A stretch of 64,000 nt of DNA, taken from contig OZ024743.1 of NCBI GenBank assembly GCA_964016885.1, positions 33,790,001 through 33,854,000 on the forward strand, read 5' to 3'. The position numbers and the translations under genes were made by a program. Every line of letters starts with the position of its first letter. Position 1 is the first letter of the stretch. Below are positions 1 to 13,398 of the stretch, in pieces. The notes beneath the pieces are model-generated. The model did not search any database, had not been told where the DNA came from, and worked only from the letters and a program-made list of their open reading frames with translations. The DNA comes from Eledone cirrhosa (taxonomy: Eukaryota).

Positions 1-174
1 TTTTATGTTCACGATTAAACACCTTATTGACAAATATTTTGCATATTGGATTTTAATATCATCATTTTACATCTGCTTTCACATTTTGTATGAATTGTTA
101 CAGATCAAGTCAGTATCTTCTAGACTGGTGGGGGAACCTCGTCTCCTTTAATACATCTCATTTTTGGCATGAAT

Positions 175-250
175 TCTTTGGCTGGATACCCTTCCTAATG
201 CCAACTCCTTTTCAGAGTGTACTGGATGCATTTTATCATAGCACCAGCTA
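175..250 (-). mobile_element. Decayed SINE body fragment
   Basis: ctggatacccttcctaatgccaac resembles the ctggatgcccttcctaacaccaac block of the intact SINE copies in this window. Confidence 0.55.
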
Positions 251-1810
251 TAACAAAATTGTATACAAAAATACTTTGAGAGCTATTGTATAAAGAGAAT
301 TTCTTAAATTATCTTGAAATAGAACATCTGAAAATGAAAAAAAAAATTAAATCTATTAAGATATTTTGGAATAAATATAAAAATGAAGTTGATTTATTCT
401 GGTGAGCTATACTGTGTTAAAATGTTGTTTTAAATTGAAACACTTGACTAACTTGCATTCATTTATAACACAGTTGTTACTCTAAAATAGGATACTGTTT
501 AATATTTTTGCAATTAACTAAAGTAGACATAGCTTTAATTATCTTATTTCATTTCTTTGCTGATATTAAGATTGAACTTATCAGCATTAATAATTGAGAA
601 ATAGGTGATGCAGTTTTGGAATGAGAAAATATTTACTATATTAGCTATACATTTCATCAAACATGAGGTCAAGACAAGATTGAAATTTTATTGAAACTCT
701 ATCTTTCTACAATAAGCTGTGTATACAATAAAATATGAAAGTAATGTTTAAGCTTTTCATAACCATATTTCTAATGAAATAATTTTTACAAAGTAATCAA
801 GAACTTGAAGGGATGTAGTAATATAACTAACCTTCTCATTATCAAGTCAGTGTTTGGAACATAACTTAACAAAAGTTCTTTCATAAATTTTTGATGGAAC
901 TGTTTTTAGAGAAATATAAACACTTTAAAGCAGTTTTAAATGGTAGAACCAATGGTAGTTTCAGATGATTTGGTAGATAACTACTAGTACTTTATTAATA
1001 ATTAATCTGAAAACATATTGATTCATATAGATTAATTATTGGTGCCTATAATAGTGTGCGAATATAAAATATGGGTAATCTTTCAAGAAATTAGTTTGAT
1101 TTTCTAGTTTGGTTTTCTATTTTTCTTCAGCTTCATTTATCTGTCCTGTAGTAATAATTGATGCTATTTTATGAAACTGTGTCCCAAGCAAGGGCAACTA
1201 CTTATGAAACAAATGTGCTATAACATAAACATATTACTTTTAAAACAAATCCAATAATCACTGCTTCTATTCCATTCTTTCTGTTATGTTTTCTTGTCAA
1301 ATAATAAAGAAAGAGTAGAATTATAGAATTAAAGGGATTCTTTCAAACTACTGAAATAAAAACAATTTCAAACAACCAATACATCATTAGTGTTAGAATT
1401 ATTAAGGACAAACTGCCTAATTCTGCTACATAAAGTTATTGACTTCTTTTTGTGGCCATTAACTAATATTTATTTTGTAAGGAATAGGCTAATTCTTTTT
1501 ATATCGATTCTAAATTAAAATTATCTCAGTTTGATTTGTATTCTTGTTTTGGGTCGATTTTATCAATGTGTTTCAGTTGATTTCATATTTCCTATCAATG
1601 AAAAAGAAAATCAATATGATAAAATTACCTATGCTACACCCTCTCATTTCTTCCTTTCTTAACCTTTCCGCTTCTCTGTAGCTCCTCTCTAACCTCACTG
1701 TTGAGTGTTTACTGACAGAATCTAGCCATAAATACATTTACTCATAGTCAAACCACCAAGCATGAAAATAAAATGGATGTAAAAGAATAAAATTCAAAAG
1801 CAGAACTTAT

Positions 1811-2009
1811 CCCTTTAGTATTTAAACTGGCCGTATCTGGCCAGAATGATCTCACCCCTTTCTGCTCAAACCAGCTGTAACTAGTTGTAACTGGTTGTAG
1901 ATACTGTCAAAATCTCACAGATTCAATATTGTGTGAAATAATTATGTGAGCTAAAGTCTTTACTGTGAAAATATAATAGTAAATATAGAGGAATGTAAAT
2001 GCTAAAGGG
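1811..2009. mobile_element. piggyBac-type MITE
   Basis: Inverted termini CCCTTTAGTATTTA / TAAATGCTAAAGGG, flanked by TTAT and TTAA (TTAA-type target). Confidence 0.65.
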
Positions 2010-2685
2010 TTAAAGAAATCAATTGACTTATATAAGCACGTTATCTAGAAGTAAATTGTGTGATATTCACATACTTATAAGCACATTTTGTGTATGGAAT
2101 TATACACAATATTGTGAAGTTCTTAAAATTCTGTGTAAGCAAAATCAATATTTTTTGTAGAATTTCTGGGTACCTTGTTTTATGAAATAAATGAAATGAG
2201 TAATTAGTTTGTGGACACCCATTTTTTTAAATTTAATTCTTGCCATGCGACCATCAACTCCGTTCTTTTGGTAAAATAAGTTCCAGAATTTAATAAAATT
2301 AACTTAATCAAACTTGATCCCTCTCCTACAAAAATTTGTCTAGATCAATATTTATATTTAAAATTATCGATGTGTGTGTGAAAATGTGAACATCTCGTAC
2401 AGAATACTACTGTAATAAGTTGAGAAAAATCTGGTATACTACCCTTAAGGACATAACAATGTGGACAGATACATCTACCTACAAGTTATTGAACCTCACT
2501 TCTCTCTCAAATGTGAGGTTCAGTTACTTGCAAGTGCTTCTGTTCCCTTTTTGTCATCTGAGTGGTGTACCCGATTTTTCTCAACTATTATATCTAGTGA
2601 TTGGCTTTCATTACAACCATTTTCTTCCTTTGGGATGCTCACATTTTCAGACTTCCCACCAGCAATTTGTAAATTCATAAAGTTT

Positions 2686-2747
2686 GTCTATCTATCTATC
2701 TATCTATCTGTCTATCTATCTATCTGTCTATCTATCTATCTATCTAT
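2686..2747. repeat. (TATC)n microsatellite
   Basis: Direct tetranucleotide run. Confidence 0.95.
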
Positions 2748-2802
2748 ATGTATATATAACAGCTACCAGCCATTATATATATTTATATTATCATATATAT
2801 AT

Positions 2803-3133
2803 ATCATCATCATCATCATTTAATTTTACGTCCGCTTTTCCCTGCTTGCAAGGGTGGGACGGGAACTGATTCTGGCTTAATTTCTACAGCTGGATGCCCT
2901 TTCTAACACCAACCTCATTTGCAGTGTGGGCTGGGTGCTTTTTTGCCGTGGCACCTCCACGACCACTTTGCAGTGGAATGATATGGACCCCAGTCCTATC
3001 ATCTCATTTCTACAGCTGAGTAAACTGGAGCAATGTGAAATAAAGTGTCTTGCTCAAGGAAACAACACATCACCCGGTCTGACAACCTTTCGATTGCAAG
3101 GCCAATGCTCTAACCACTAAGCCATGTGCCTTC
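2803..3133 (-). mobile_element. tRNA-derived SINE (family A) with (GAT)n tail
   Basis: Reverse complement of the 28506-28837 and 35319-35664 copies; A-box TGGCTTAGTGG, CORE-like CCTTGAGCAAGACACTT, (ATC)n tail on +. Confidence 0.9.
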
Positions 3134-3219
3134 ATATATATATATATAAATTATAGATGCCAGCCATAACTCTCTCTCTTTCTCTCTCTTTTTAAAAATG
3201 TTTTTCTTTCTCTCTCATT

Positions 3220-3269
<50 letters not shown>

Positions 3270-3899
3270 AAGAGGAGTTAGAGCTGGCTGCTAAATAAGT
3301 GTATTGTTAACTCATAAACTATCCATAGCTTCCCTTATATTTATTAATAATTAAATTTATTTCTTTATTATATGTCTGCAAAAACATCATTTAAACATTC
3401 ACTGCATACTGCATGTTACCAGCTTCCATAAATATACTTTGCCAGTTCAAATTGAAACTCACATTCTGTCTAGAATTCATGGCTACACAAAGATAACAAC
3501 ATTGATTTCCCTAGAAAACTGATAATGCTAATTTTTTTTTTTTTTACATCCACAGTTATGCTATTAACAGTTAAGGTTCCTCCACAGCTCTCTATTGATA
3601 ATAATGTTTGAAATATATGTTGTTCAAGGAAACTTTTTTTTTGAAAAGTATTTTTATGTGAAGAATGAAATCATTATGTTTGTTGGTGAGCAACACTACC
3701 ATTAAATCTACACAATGATTCACATAAGTATCTGATTCCATATCTAGAATCCTGCCTCAAATAACTACTTGCATATCTGCATAAACTATTGTATGGATTT
3801 AATCGTATTGTTGCCTACACTTATATAACACACCTTTCACTAATATATAATGATAAACTAACAGTGTGTGCAGTTAACTTTTTTTATCTAATATATATA

Positions 3900-3997
3900 C
3901 AGAGTGTCCCCAAATATGTATACATACTTTGATTACCTGTACAGGCAATATTTATTTGAATGCTACTGAAGTGTGTGTACATTTTGGGGACAACCTG
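3900..3997. mobile_element. Tc1/mariner-type MITE
   Basis: Imperfect TIRs CAGAGTGTCCCCAAA / TTTGGGGACAACCTG preceded by TA. Confidence 0.6.
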
Positions 3998-4007
3998 TGT
4001 GTGTGTG

Positions 4008-4432
4008 TCATCATCATCATCACCATTTTACGTCCGTTCTTCCATGCTAGCATGGGTTAGACGGGTTGTCCTGTTGTGGGCAGTGTCCGGTCGGCTGACC
4101 TTGTCTTGCTCATATGGGAACTGATTCTGGCGCGATCTACAGCTGGATGCCCTTCCTAACACCAACCTCATTTACAGTGAGTGCTGGGTGCTTTTTATCC
4201 GTGGCGCCTACACGTCCACTTTACAGTGTGGGCTGGGTGCTTTTTTGCCATGGAACCTTTGTAGTGGAATGATAGGGACTCCAGTCCTATCATCTCATTT
4301 CTACAGCTGAGTAAACTGGAGCAATGTGAAATAAAGTATCTTGCTCAAGGAAGCAACACATCACCCGGTCCAAGAATTTAACTCACAACCTTTCGATTGC
4401 AAGCCCAACGCTCTAACCACTAAGCCATGCAC
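4008..4432 (-). mobile_element. tRNA-derived SINE (family A, longer variant)
   Basis: Same head and body as the other copies, with an internal duplicated block and the alternative tail ...catgctagcatggaagaacggacgtaaaatgg(tga)n. Confidence 0.85.
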
Positions 4433-4465
4433 TTGTGTGTGTATGTATATGTATCATCATCATCA

Positions 4466-6050
4466 TTTTACTGTTGAAAATCAGAATGTACCATCTCCAC
4501 CATCTCTAACATCAAATTCCATAACAACTATGGAATTTACACCTGCAATGTTGCGACGTCACCTTAAGAATAAGCGCAACTATGCCTCCCCTGGTCTTGA
4601 TGGTGTGACATACCTGCTTCTCAAATGTGGCGGGTATTTCCTTTTGCGCCAGCTTTCTTTCTTCTTTCAATACTGTCTCAACAATGGTGCTACTCCGGAG
4701 CAGTGGAAAACTGCCAGTGTCATTCCCCTGTTCAAAAAGGGCAACCGCATGTCACCTGTCAACTATCGTCCAGTCAGTCTTACTAGCTGTATGACCAAAC
4801 TGATGGAATCCTGTGTCAGAGAAACACTTTGGAACTTCTGGAGCTCTCACAGCCTCATCCAGCCCTCACAGTTTGGATTTATCCCTAACTCCAGCTGCTG
4901 TGATCAGCTTATCGAGTTCCTTGAAGACATCACCCGGATCACTGACAGCGGCTCATGGGTGGATGTTGTTTACCTTGACTTTGCTAAGGCTTTTAATTAT
5001 GTGCCACACAAAAGACTTATGGCAAAACTCTCTGCAATGGGTGTGAGGGATGATCTTTTCGACTGGTTGAAATCCTTCATTCTCAGCCGAAAAGAAGTAG
5101 TCACGGTTCTAGGACAGCATTCTTCACCATATGAGATGTCATCTGGTGTACCACAGGGATCTGTTCTTGGTCCCCTTTTGTTTGTGGCATATATTAATGA
5201 CATAGATGCCAACTTACAGAATGCCACGGTACTGAAATATGCAGATGACATCAAGCTGTACCTTGAAATCAAAAGGACTGATCCTGAAATTTACAACTCT
5301 TTCCTACAATCAGACCTGGACACAATGCAGCAATGGATCACAGACTGGCAACTGAAGCTGGCTGTGGACAAGTGTACCACCATGCATTTTGGGAGGAAAA
5401 ATCCAGCGTCCACATACTCCCTCCACAACACTGATATCAAGAAGTCCTCTTGTGAACGTGACCTGGGCATCACTGTCAGCAGCGATTTGCGTTGGACAAA
5501 GCATTTCTCTAAGATTGTCAAGAAGGCCGAGGGTGTCTTGGCATCACTCAGCAAGACCTTTGTTAGCCGCTCTCCAGCCATCTATTTAAAACTGTATACA
5601 GCTATGGTACGACCACACTTGGAATTCGCATCATCAGTCTGGAACCCCTATCTTGCTCAGAACATTGACCTCCTGGAAACTGTTCAGAGACGTGCAACCA
5701 AGCGCATACCCTCCATCAGACACCTACCATACTCTGAACGCCTTGCTTCCCTGGGCATGGATTCATTGAAGCTCCGACGTCTGGCAATGGACTTGGTGAA
5801 TACCCACAAAGTTATTAACCATCTCGCCAATTGCAACTCTGAGCACCTTTTTGATCTCCATGTGTCTAACACACGTGGACATGACTACAAAATCAGAAAA
5901 CAGCACAGCTCCCATGACTTTCGTAGTCATTTTTTCACGCTCAGAGTTGCTGAACCATGGAACAAACTGTCTGCGTCAGTTGTTAACTGCCGAGACACTG
6001 CATCCTTTAAGACACTCATGCTTCCCGAAATACGCCAAAACTACACCTGA
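4466..6050 (+). CDS. Non-LTR reverse transcriptase, partial ORF2
   Basis: Motifs SPGLDG, NYRPVSLTS, QFGF, YLDFAKAF, GVPQGSVLGPLLF, YADD, RDLG, RPHLEFASSVWNP; the N-terminal ~40 aa of the called ORF are SINE read-through. Confidence 0.9.
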
Positions 6051-6190
6051 TGTACCCCTTCCATACACATGCACACGTGTGTATCATGACTCGTGCACTG
6101 TTCATTTTCCTGATGTTTGTGCATTGCCCTATGCACTGTACATGCACTTTTTGATGAGTTGTGGTGCACCTGGGCACTGTACACAATATT

Positions 6191-6224
<34 letters not shown>
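4466..6224 (+). mobile_element. 5'-truncated CR1/L2-group LINE
   Basis: RT ORF, then 3' UTR with GTGC-acctgg-GCAC stem-loop and (TAT)n tail. Confidence 0.92.
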
Positions 6225-6225
<1 letters not shown>

Positions 6226-6226
<1 letters not shown>

Positions 6227-6350
6227 CATGACTCATACACTGTTCATTTTCCTGACATTTGTACATTATTCTATGTACTATACATGCACCTTTGATGAGT
6301 TGTAGTGCACCTGAGCACTGTACACAATAATTTCATTATTATTATTATTA
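6226..6350 (+). mobile_element. Second short 3' UTR fragment of a related CR1/L2 subfamily
   Basis: Diverged direct repeat of 6084-6224, ending in (TAT)n. Confidence 0.8.
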
Positions 6351-6620
6351 TCATCATCATCACCGTTTTACGTCCGTTCTTCCATGCTAGCATGGGTTAG
6401 ATGAGTTGTCCTGTTGTGGGCAGTGTCTGGTCGGGTGACCATGCCTTGCTCATACAGGAACTGATTTTGGCTTGATTTCTACAGCTGGATGCCCTTCCTA
6501 ACACCAACCTCATTTACAGTGAGTGCTGGGTGCTTTTTTCCGTGGGGCCTACACGTCCACTTTACAGTGTGGGCTGGGTGCTTTTTTGCCATGGCACCTC
6601 CACGACCACTTTGCAGTGGG
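6350..6620 (-). mobile_element. 5'-truncated SINE family A
   Basis: Near-identical to the tail and body of 4008-4270. Confidence 0.85.
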
Positions 6621-6717
6621 AGGGTGTGGGGGCATATTGTCTATATACTTCAGCTTGTACCCATGGGAGGTCGGGTACTCTGTATTACTGCGTGACGCCA
6701 GAGGTCACGGTCGTGTG

Positions 6718-6748
<31 letters not shown>

Positions 6749-6756
6749 ATATATAT

Positions 6757-6933
6757 ATGGTACAATGAGCCCAGCACTATGTGTCAATAATTGTCGCAAG
6801 TGTAGTGTTTGTACCAGAGTTTTCAAGTCGCTGGCTGGACTAAAAAGTCACACTCGTTCAGTGCATCGGTAGGGGTTCTCCTACATGGATATAAAGTAGT
6901 GGCCGTACTCGAAAACGAGTTGGCAGCCACCAT
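6757..6933 (+). mobile_element. Non-autonomous RTE derivative, copy 1 (5'-truncated)
   Basis: Matches the 3' part of 7612-8218; ends tggccgtactcgaaaacgagttggcagccaccat. Confidence 0.88.
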
Positions 6934-6942
6934 ATATACATA

Positions 6943-6973
<31 letters not shown>

Positions 6974-7000
6974 GTATGTATGTATATGTATGTATGTATG

Positions 7001-7032
<32 letters not shown>

Positions 7033-7085
7033 TATGTATGTATGTATGTATATGTATGTATGTATATATATATGTATGTATGTAT

Positions 7086-7131
<46 letters not shown>

Positions 7132-7132
7132 G

Positions 7133-7275
<143 letters not shown>

Positions 7276-7611
7276 GTATATATATATATGTATGTGTATA
7301 TATATATGTATGTATATATATATATATGTGTATATATATATATGTGTATGTATATATATATGTATGTATATATATATATATGTGTATATATATATATATG
7401 TATGTATATATATATGTATGTATATATATATGTATGTATATGTATATATATATGTATGTATATATATGTGTATGTATGTATGTATGTATATATATGTATG
7501 TATATGTATGTATGTATATATATGTATGTATGTATATATATGTATATATATGTATGTATGTATATATATGTATGTATGTATATATATATATGTATGTATA
7601 TATATATGTAT

Positions 7612-8218
7612 GTCAGGTCACCACTTGGTGCTACTGGTAACATGTATCCCAGTACAACCTGTCCCATGGTCGGGTCGTTGGCGACTAAACTGGCAACCCC
7701 ACTAAGGTTTCTTGGTGAGGAGGGTGACTTTGGACATCCTGCAGGACTAAAAACAAAACCTGTCAAAGGGCAAAGATCTCTTAAGAGTCAATGGCCATCC
7801 AAAATCACCGGGAGAGATGACCCCTTAGCCTTTGTCAAGGCAGAACTTTAGGAGAAGGAAAACTCTGATATAACACCTGCAACTCTGATGGTATCCAATG
7901 ATGTTGACTTGTTCTTCTTTTTGGTAAATATCATCTTGGTTAAGAGAGTGGGACTGGCTTTGTGCAGTACCTGTGCTCACTATAAAAGCTTCACGGCACA
8001 GGCATTGCTTTATATCTGGAGATCTCTCTGCACTTGTCGTCACATGGTACCATGGGCCCAGCACTATGTGTCAATAATTGTCACAAGTGTAGTGTTTGTA
8101 CCAGAGTTTTCAAGTCGCTGGCTGGACTAAAGTCATATTCGTTCAGCGCATCAGTAGGAGTTCTCCTACATGGATATAAAGTAGTGGCCATACTCGAAAA
8201 CGAGTTGGCAGCCACCAT
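7612..8218 (+). mobile_element. Non-autonomous bipartite RTE derivative (~605 bp), copy 2
   Basis: RTE-5'UTR-like block (taggagaaggaaaactctgat), decayed C2H2 coding remnant, and 3' end shared with the RTE at 46266-46299, followed by (GTAT)n. Confidence 0.88.
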
Positions 8219-8486
8219 GTATGTATGTATATGTATGTATATATATATGTATGTATATATATATGTATGTATGTATATATATATATATATATATGTATGT
8301 ATATATATATGTATGTATATATATATGTATGTATATGTATGTATGTATATATATGTATGTATGTATATATATGTATGTATGTATATATATATATGTATGT
8401 ATATATATATATGTATATATATATATATGTATGTATATGATGTATGTATGTATGTATGTATGTATGTATGTATGTATATAGATATC

Positions 8487-11400
8487 ACTTTCTCTTAATT
8501 TCGAGTATATTTTTTTTGACCGGCCACCTTCCTGGTGGCAAGGTTATAAAAGAAAAGAAATTGTCATCCCTTGAATCTCAAGAATGTTTTGCAAATTTTG
8601 AAGGTGCCAGCTATCGCAGCCATTTGTAGACTATGAATTAGGGAGCTGCGCTTTTTGTCCGCAAATCCAAGTTCAGTCATACTTTGGTCCAAGCGGGTTG
8701 GTATATAACCCGTAGCTCCAATAATGATGGGTATGAAGCTAAAGGTGTATCTTGCATACTGGATTTGTAAACTCCTCATCAATGGTCCGTAGATGTCCTC
8801 CTTCTCCTGTATTTTTCTGACAACGTTTACATCAAGTGGGCAGCTAATCTCCACAACAGAACACGTTTTCAATGTGTGGTCCCAAACAACAATATCAGGC
8901 CGGTTGAGCTTTAATTTGGTGGCAGTTTTTATTTTCAGGTTCCACCAGTATTCCTTAGTGCCATCTGTCTCAATATATTCCTCCTCGTTTGTTGTTAATT
9001 TTGTTTTCCGAAGTGCGTTCCAGATGGTTCTAGCTATCCCATCGTGTCTCATGGAGAGGTAGTAGCGAGATGACATTCTTTTGCAGCTGGCAACAATGTG
9101 GCTTACATCCTCGATCTTTGTTTTACATAGCCTACATTTATTGTCAGCTGCTGGCCCTCCTCTTTTGTGCAGCAGATATTTGGTAGGGAGTTCTTGTTCC
9201 TGTATTGCATAGAGATATCCCTCAAGGTGTGATGTCATAAACTTGTCGGAACTTCATGCCAGGCTTTTTGAGTGGTTTATCCCCTCTATGGTCTGTGTTT
9301 TACGCCTCAAGTATCCATGCACAACTTTTTCTGTAAATTGGTCAATTTTTTAATCTTGTTTGAACATTGAATAGGATCTTCCGATTTCTCTGGGTGAGAG
9401 ATTTATATCAGGCTTTATTCCATATCTCTCCTCCAGATCAGTTGCTATTCTAATGATATTTTTTTTTCATGCTCATAAACCTGGGCAAGATGGTTGCCAA
9501 CCTTTTTCCTCTGTTGTAGGTGTTGCTTCAATGTTACTATCCGGGTCTCATATGTTGTTAATATTGATTTTAGACCCCGGCCACCTTCATTGCATGAGAA
9601 GTATAGCCTATCCACATCACCATTGATGTTAAAGTTCCCAGTAACACTGAGAAGTTTTCGAGTTCTAACATCCATCTCACTTAGTTCTTGCAATGACCAG
9701 TTCAGCAGGCCAAATGTTGGCGTTAGAATTGGCACAGCATAAGTATTGTGGGCAATGTATTTGTTGTATGCTGACAGTTCTGATGACCATATTTTCTTTA
9801 CTCTTCTGAGGTATTCAGTTCTGGTTCTCTCCTTATTTATGGGTCCATCATATCTGACATTCTCATCCTGTCCAAGATATCTGTAGTTGTCACCTGACTG
9901 CAGAGGTCTGATGTCGGTTGAAAATTGTGTAATGAGGTCCAATTGTTTCTTGATGTCATTGATATTTGGCCCATACAACTTCAGGTCATCAACAAAGAAA
10001 AGATAGGAGATACTTCTGGGCCCACTTCTTTGTCCACCTTGTTTCCTGAGTAGGTAAGATAGTGGATTCAGTGAGAGAACGAAGAGTAGCACTGACAAGC
10101 TATCACCCTGAAAGATGCCCTTCTGGTAATGTATCTTATCAGTCTTAACTTGCTCCTTCTCACCTCTAAGGATCAAATTGGTGTACCAGTTCTTGGTCAG
10201 GCGTTCAACAGCAGCTACCAATGGTTGTGGGATTTTAGCTAACTGTAAAGCCTTAATAATCCACCCATGAGGTACACTATCAAATGCTTTTTGATAGTCC
10301 AGTCACACCACAGTCATGTTTCTGCGATTCTTTGTTGTTTTTTCCTGAATCATTGTGTAAGTTAGTAAGTGATCTATGCAACCCCACACCTCCCTCTTTC
10401 CACCAGCTTGCTCAGGTGTTATGATGTTGTTGGTAGCACAGTGATCCTGTAAGAACAGGTTAAGGCACCCAGTATATAATTTATTCATGATGTTTTGGCA
10501 GGCAAGGGTGGTTTGGCTATTTTGGGGAATGAGGAGAGTATTGGCAGTTGATAACCATCTGGGCAGTTCTTGTGTGCCTTTAATGGTTTCTGTAAACAGC
10601 CGTATGAGATCTTGCCGATAGAAAGTGAAATTCTTCAACCAGTATCCTGTAATGAGGTCTGGGCCTGGCGATTTCCTATTCGACATTTTCTGTAGAGCTG
10701 TTTCCAGTATTGACCCATCTATGTCATATTGTTTTATCTGGACATGTTGGCAGTAGTCCTGTTCCAGTTCTTTTAGCCAATTAGCTTGTCTGTTGAATCC
10801 GTCATCCGTTTCCCATACAGATCTCCAGTAGCTCTCAACCTGTTCTTTTGAAGGGGTGTCGTTTACAGGCATTGAGCTTTTGCCACCGAAGCTGCGATAA
10901 ACTGATTTAGGATCTCTGGCAAACAATCTATTTAGCACTTGTCGTTTATGTGCTGTTGACTTATATTTTAGTCTTTCTGTTGTAGCTGTGAGTTGTTGTT
11001 TCAACTGGTGTAATTTGGAGTTCAAAGTTTTTAATTTTGTATCTCCAAATCGTCTCTCTAACTTTTTCTTTAGGTCTTCCTGGTGTCGTGTGAAGTTGCT
11101 CTCTATGTTGCATTTCATAACGACTGTGATCTGTGAGATACTTCGTCTCAGGGACAAAATTTTTGTTTTTAAATTTCGCATCCACGCTGGTTCAGGCTTT
11201 CTGTTTGTATCTTGATTGCGTGGTTTTAGATGTTTGTTATATGCTAGCAATGTGACAGCTGAAACATATAACAAAATATTAAGCGTTCCAAATGTCGTTT
11301 CTACACCTTTAGATAGTATAGCCTTCAGATAATTACCAGTTATTTCGTTCACCGCTTCCAATTCCAATTTAGTGGGTTCTTTACTGATTCTGGTGTTGTA

Positions 11401-11540
11401 TGGGCTGTGTATCTCTTGAAACATATCGTTCCATATCACTTGTAGGGTGTGCACAAGTTTTTGGTGCTCTGTTTGTTCAGTAGAGTCATGAATTTCAGCC
11501 TCGTTGTTGATGTGGTGACAATTACTACTAGAGTTACTAC
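8487..11540 (-). mobile_element. R4/Dong-like non-LTR retrotransposon with restriction-like endonuclease, decayed
   Basis: ORF pieces 10303-11540, 9445-10221 and 8564-9238: KSPGPD, GIFQGDSLS, FVDDLKLY, GGRGL, CCHC (CRLC..H..C), RHD, PD..E..K. Frameshifts and internal deletions. Confidence 0.9.
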
Positions 11541-11680
11541 TATATATGTATGTATATATATATGTATGTATGTATATATGTATGTATGTATGTATGTATA
11601 TATGTATGTATATATGTATGTATATATATATATGTATGTATATATATATGTATGTATATATATATATATATGTATGTATG

Positions 11681-11731
<51 letters not shown>

Positions 11732-11732
<1 letters not shown>

Positions 11733-12184
11733 GGGCAAAGGAGCTCTTAAGAGTCAATGGCCATCCAAAATCACCGTGAGAGATGACCCCTTAGCCTTTG
11801 TCAAGGCAGAATTCTAGGAGAAGGAAAACTCTGATATAACACCTGCAACTCTGATGGTATCCAATGATGTTGACTTGTTCTTCTTTTTGGTAAATATCAT
11901 CTTGGTTAAGAGAGTGGGACTGGCTTTGTGCAGTGCCTTTGCTCACTATAAAAGCTTCACGGCACAGGCATTGCTTTATATCTGGAGATCTCTCTGCACT
12001 TGTCGTCACATGGTACCATGGGCCCAGCACTGTGTCAATTATTGTCACAAGTGTAGTGTTTGTACCAGAGTTTTCAAGTCGCTGGCTGGACTAAAAATTC
12101 ACACTCGTTCAGCTCATCAGTAGGGGTTCTCCTACGTGGATATAAAGTAGTGGCCGTAATCGCAAACGAGTTGGCAGCCACCAT
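11732..12184 (+). mobile_element. Non-autonomous RTE derivative, copy 3 (5'-truncated)
   Basis: Near-identical to 7767-8218; retains [22 protein letters not shown]. Confidence 0.88.
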
Positions 12185-12246
12185 GTATGTATGTATGTAT
12201 ATATATATATGTATGTATATATATATGTATGTATGTATGTATATAT

Positions 12247-12590
12247 GTAACAAATAAATAAATGAACATAAACACTCACAGACACCCGGATGTGGTGCAT
12301 GCGCAGACTGAGCACACAACACACACACAGAAACAAAATGGCGTAGGACAGAACAAAGGAGAGGTTCAGAAAGAAAGAAAGGAATCCCCAGTCACTGAAG
12401 AGGTCACAGAGTGTGTGACGAAAGAACTATGACTATATATAAACAACTATCTGGTTGTGGAACCAACCAACCAACCAGAAATTTATAAATTTGTAAATTT
12501 ATAAATTTATAAATATATATTAAATTGAAGTGAAAGCAACTGGTGCGTGTGTTTCTTATTGGCAATATGACCCTCCCAAAGTATAACAAT
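12247..12590 (+). mobile_element. Short hammerhead-bearing non-coding insert (retrozyme / PLE pLTR-like)
   Basis: Unique ~340 bp between microsatellites, containing an HHR motif. Confidence 0.7.
12390..12434 (+). ncRNA. Type I hammerhead ribozyme
   Basis: AGTCA-CTGAAGA-g GTCACA gagtg TGTGAC-GAAA-G AA C-TA-TGACT; stems I and II pair perfectly. Confidence 0.85.
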
Positions 12591-12955
12591 ATATGTATGT
12601 ATATATATATATATATGTGTATGTATATATATGTATGTATGTATATATATAAGTATGTATATATATATATATGTATGTATGTATGTATATATATATGTAT
12701 GTATATATATATATGTATGTATATATATATGTATGTATATATGTATGTATATATGTATGTATGTATATATGTATGTATGTATATATGTATGTATATATGT
12801 ATGTATGTATATATGTATGTATGTATATATATATGTATGTATATATATATGTATGTATATATATATGTATGTATATATGTATGTATATATATATGTATGT
12901 ATATATGTATGTATATATATATGTATGTATATATGTATGTATATATATATGTATG

Positions 12956-12989
<34 letters not shown>

Positions 12990-13145
12990 TGTATGTATAT
13001 ATGTATGTATGTGTATGTATGTATGTATATATGTATGTATGTATATGTATGTATGTATGTATATATATATATATGTATATATGTATGTATGTATATATAT
13101 ATATATGTATATATATATGTATGTATATATATATGTATATGTATA

Positions 13146-13181
<36 letters not shown>

Positions 13182-13398
13182 TATATATATATATATGTAT
13201 GTATATATGTATGTATGTATGTATGTATATGTATGTATGTATATATATATATATATATATGTATGTATATATGTATGTATGTATGTATGTATATGTATGT
13301 ATGTATGTATGTATATATATATATATATGTATGTATGTATGTATGTATATATGTATGTATGTATATATATATGTATGTGTATGTATGTATATATATAT

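Noticed and set aside
6620-6715. Unique ~95-bp GC-balanced segment
   Set aside because: No recognisable motif or second copy in the window
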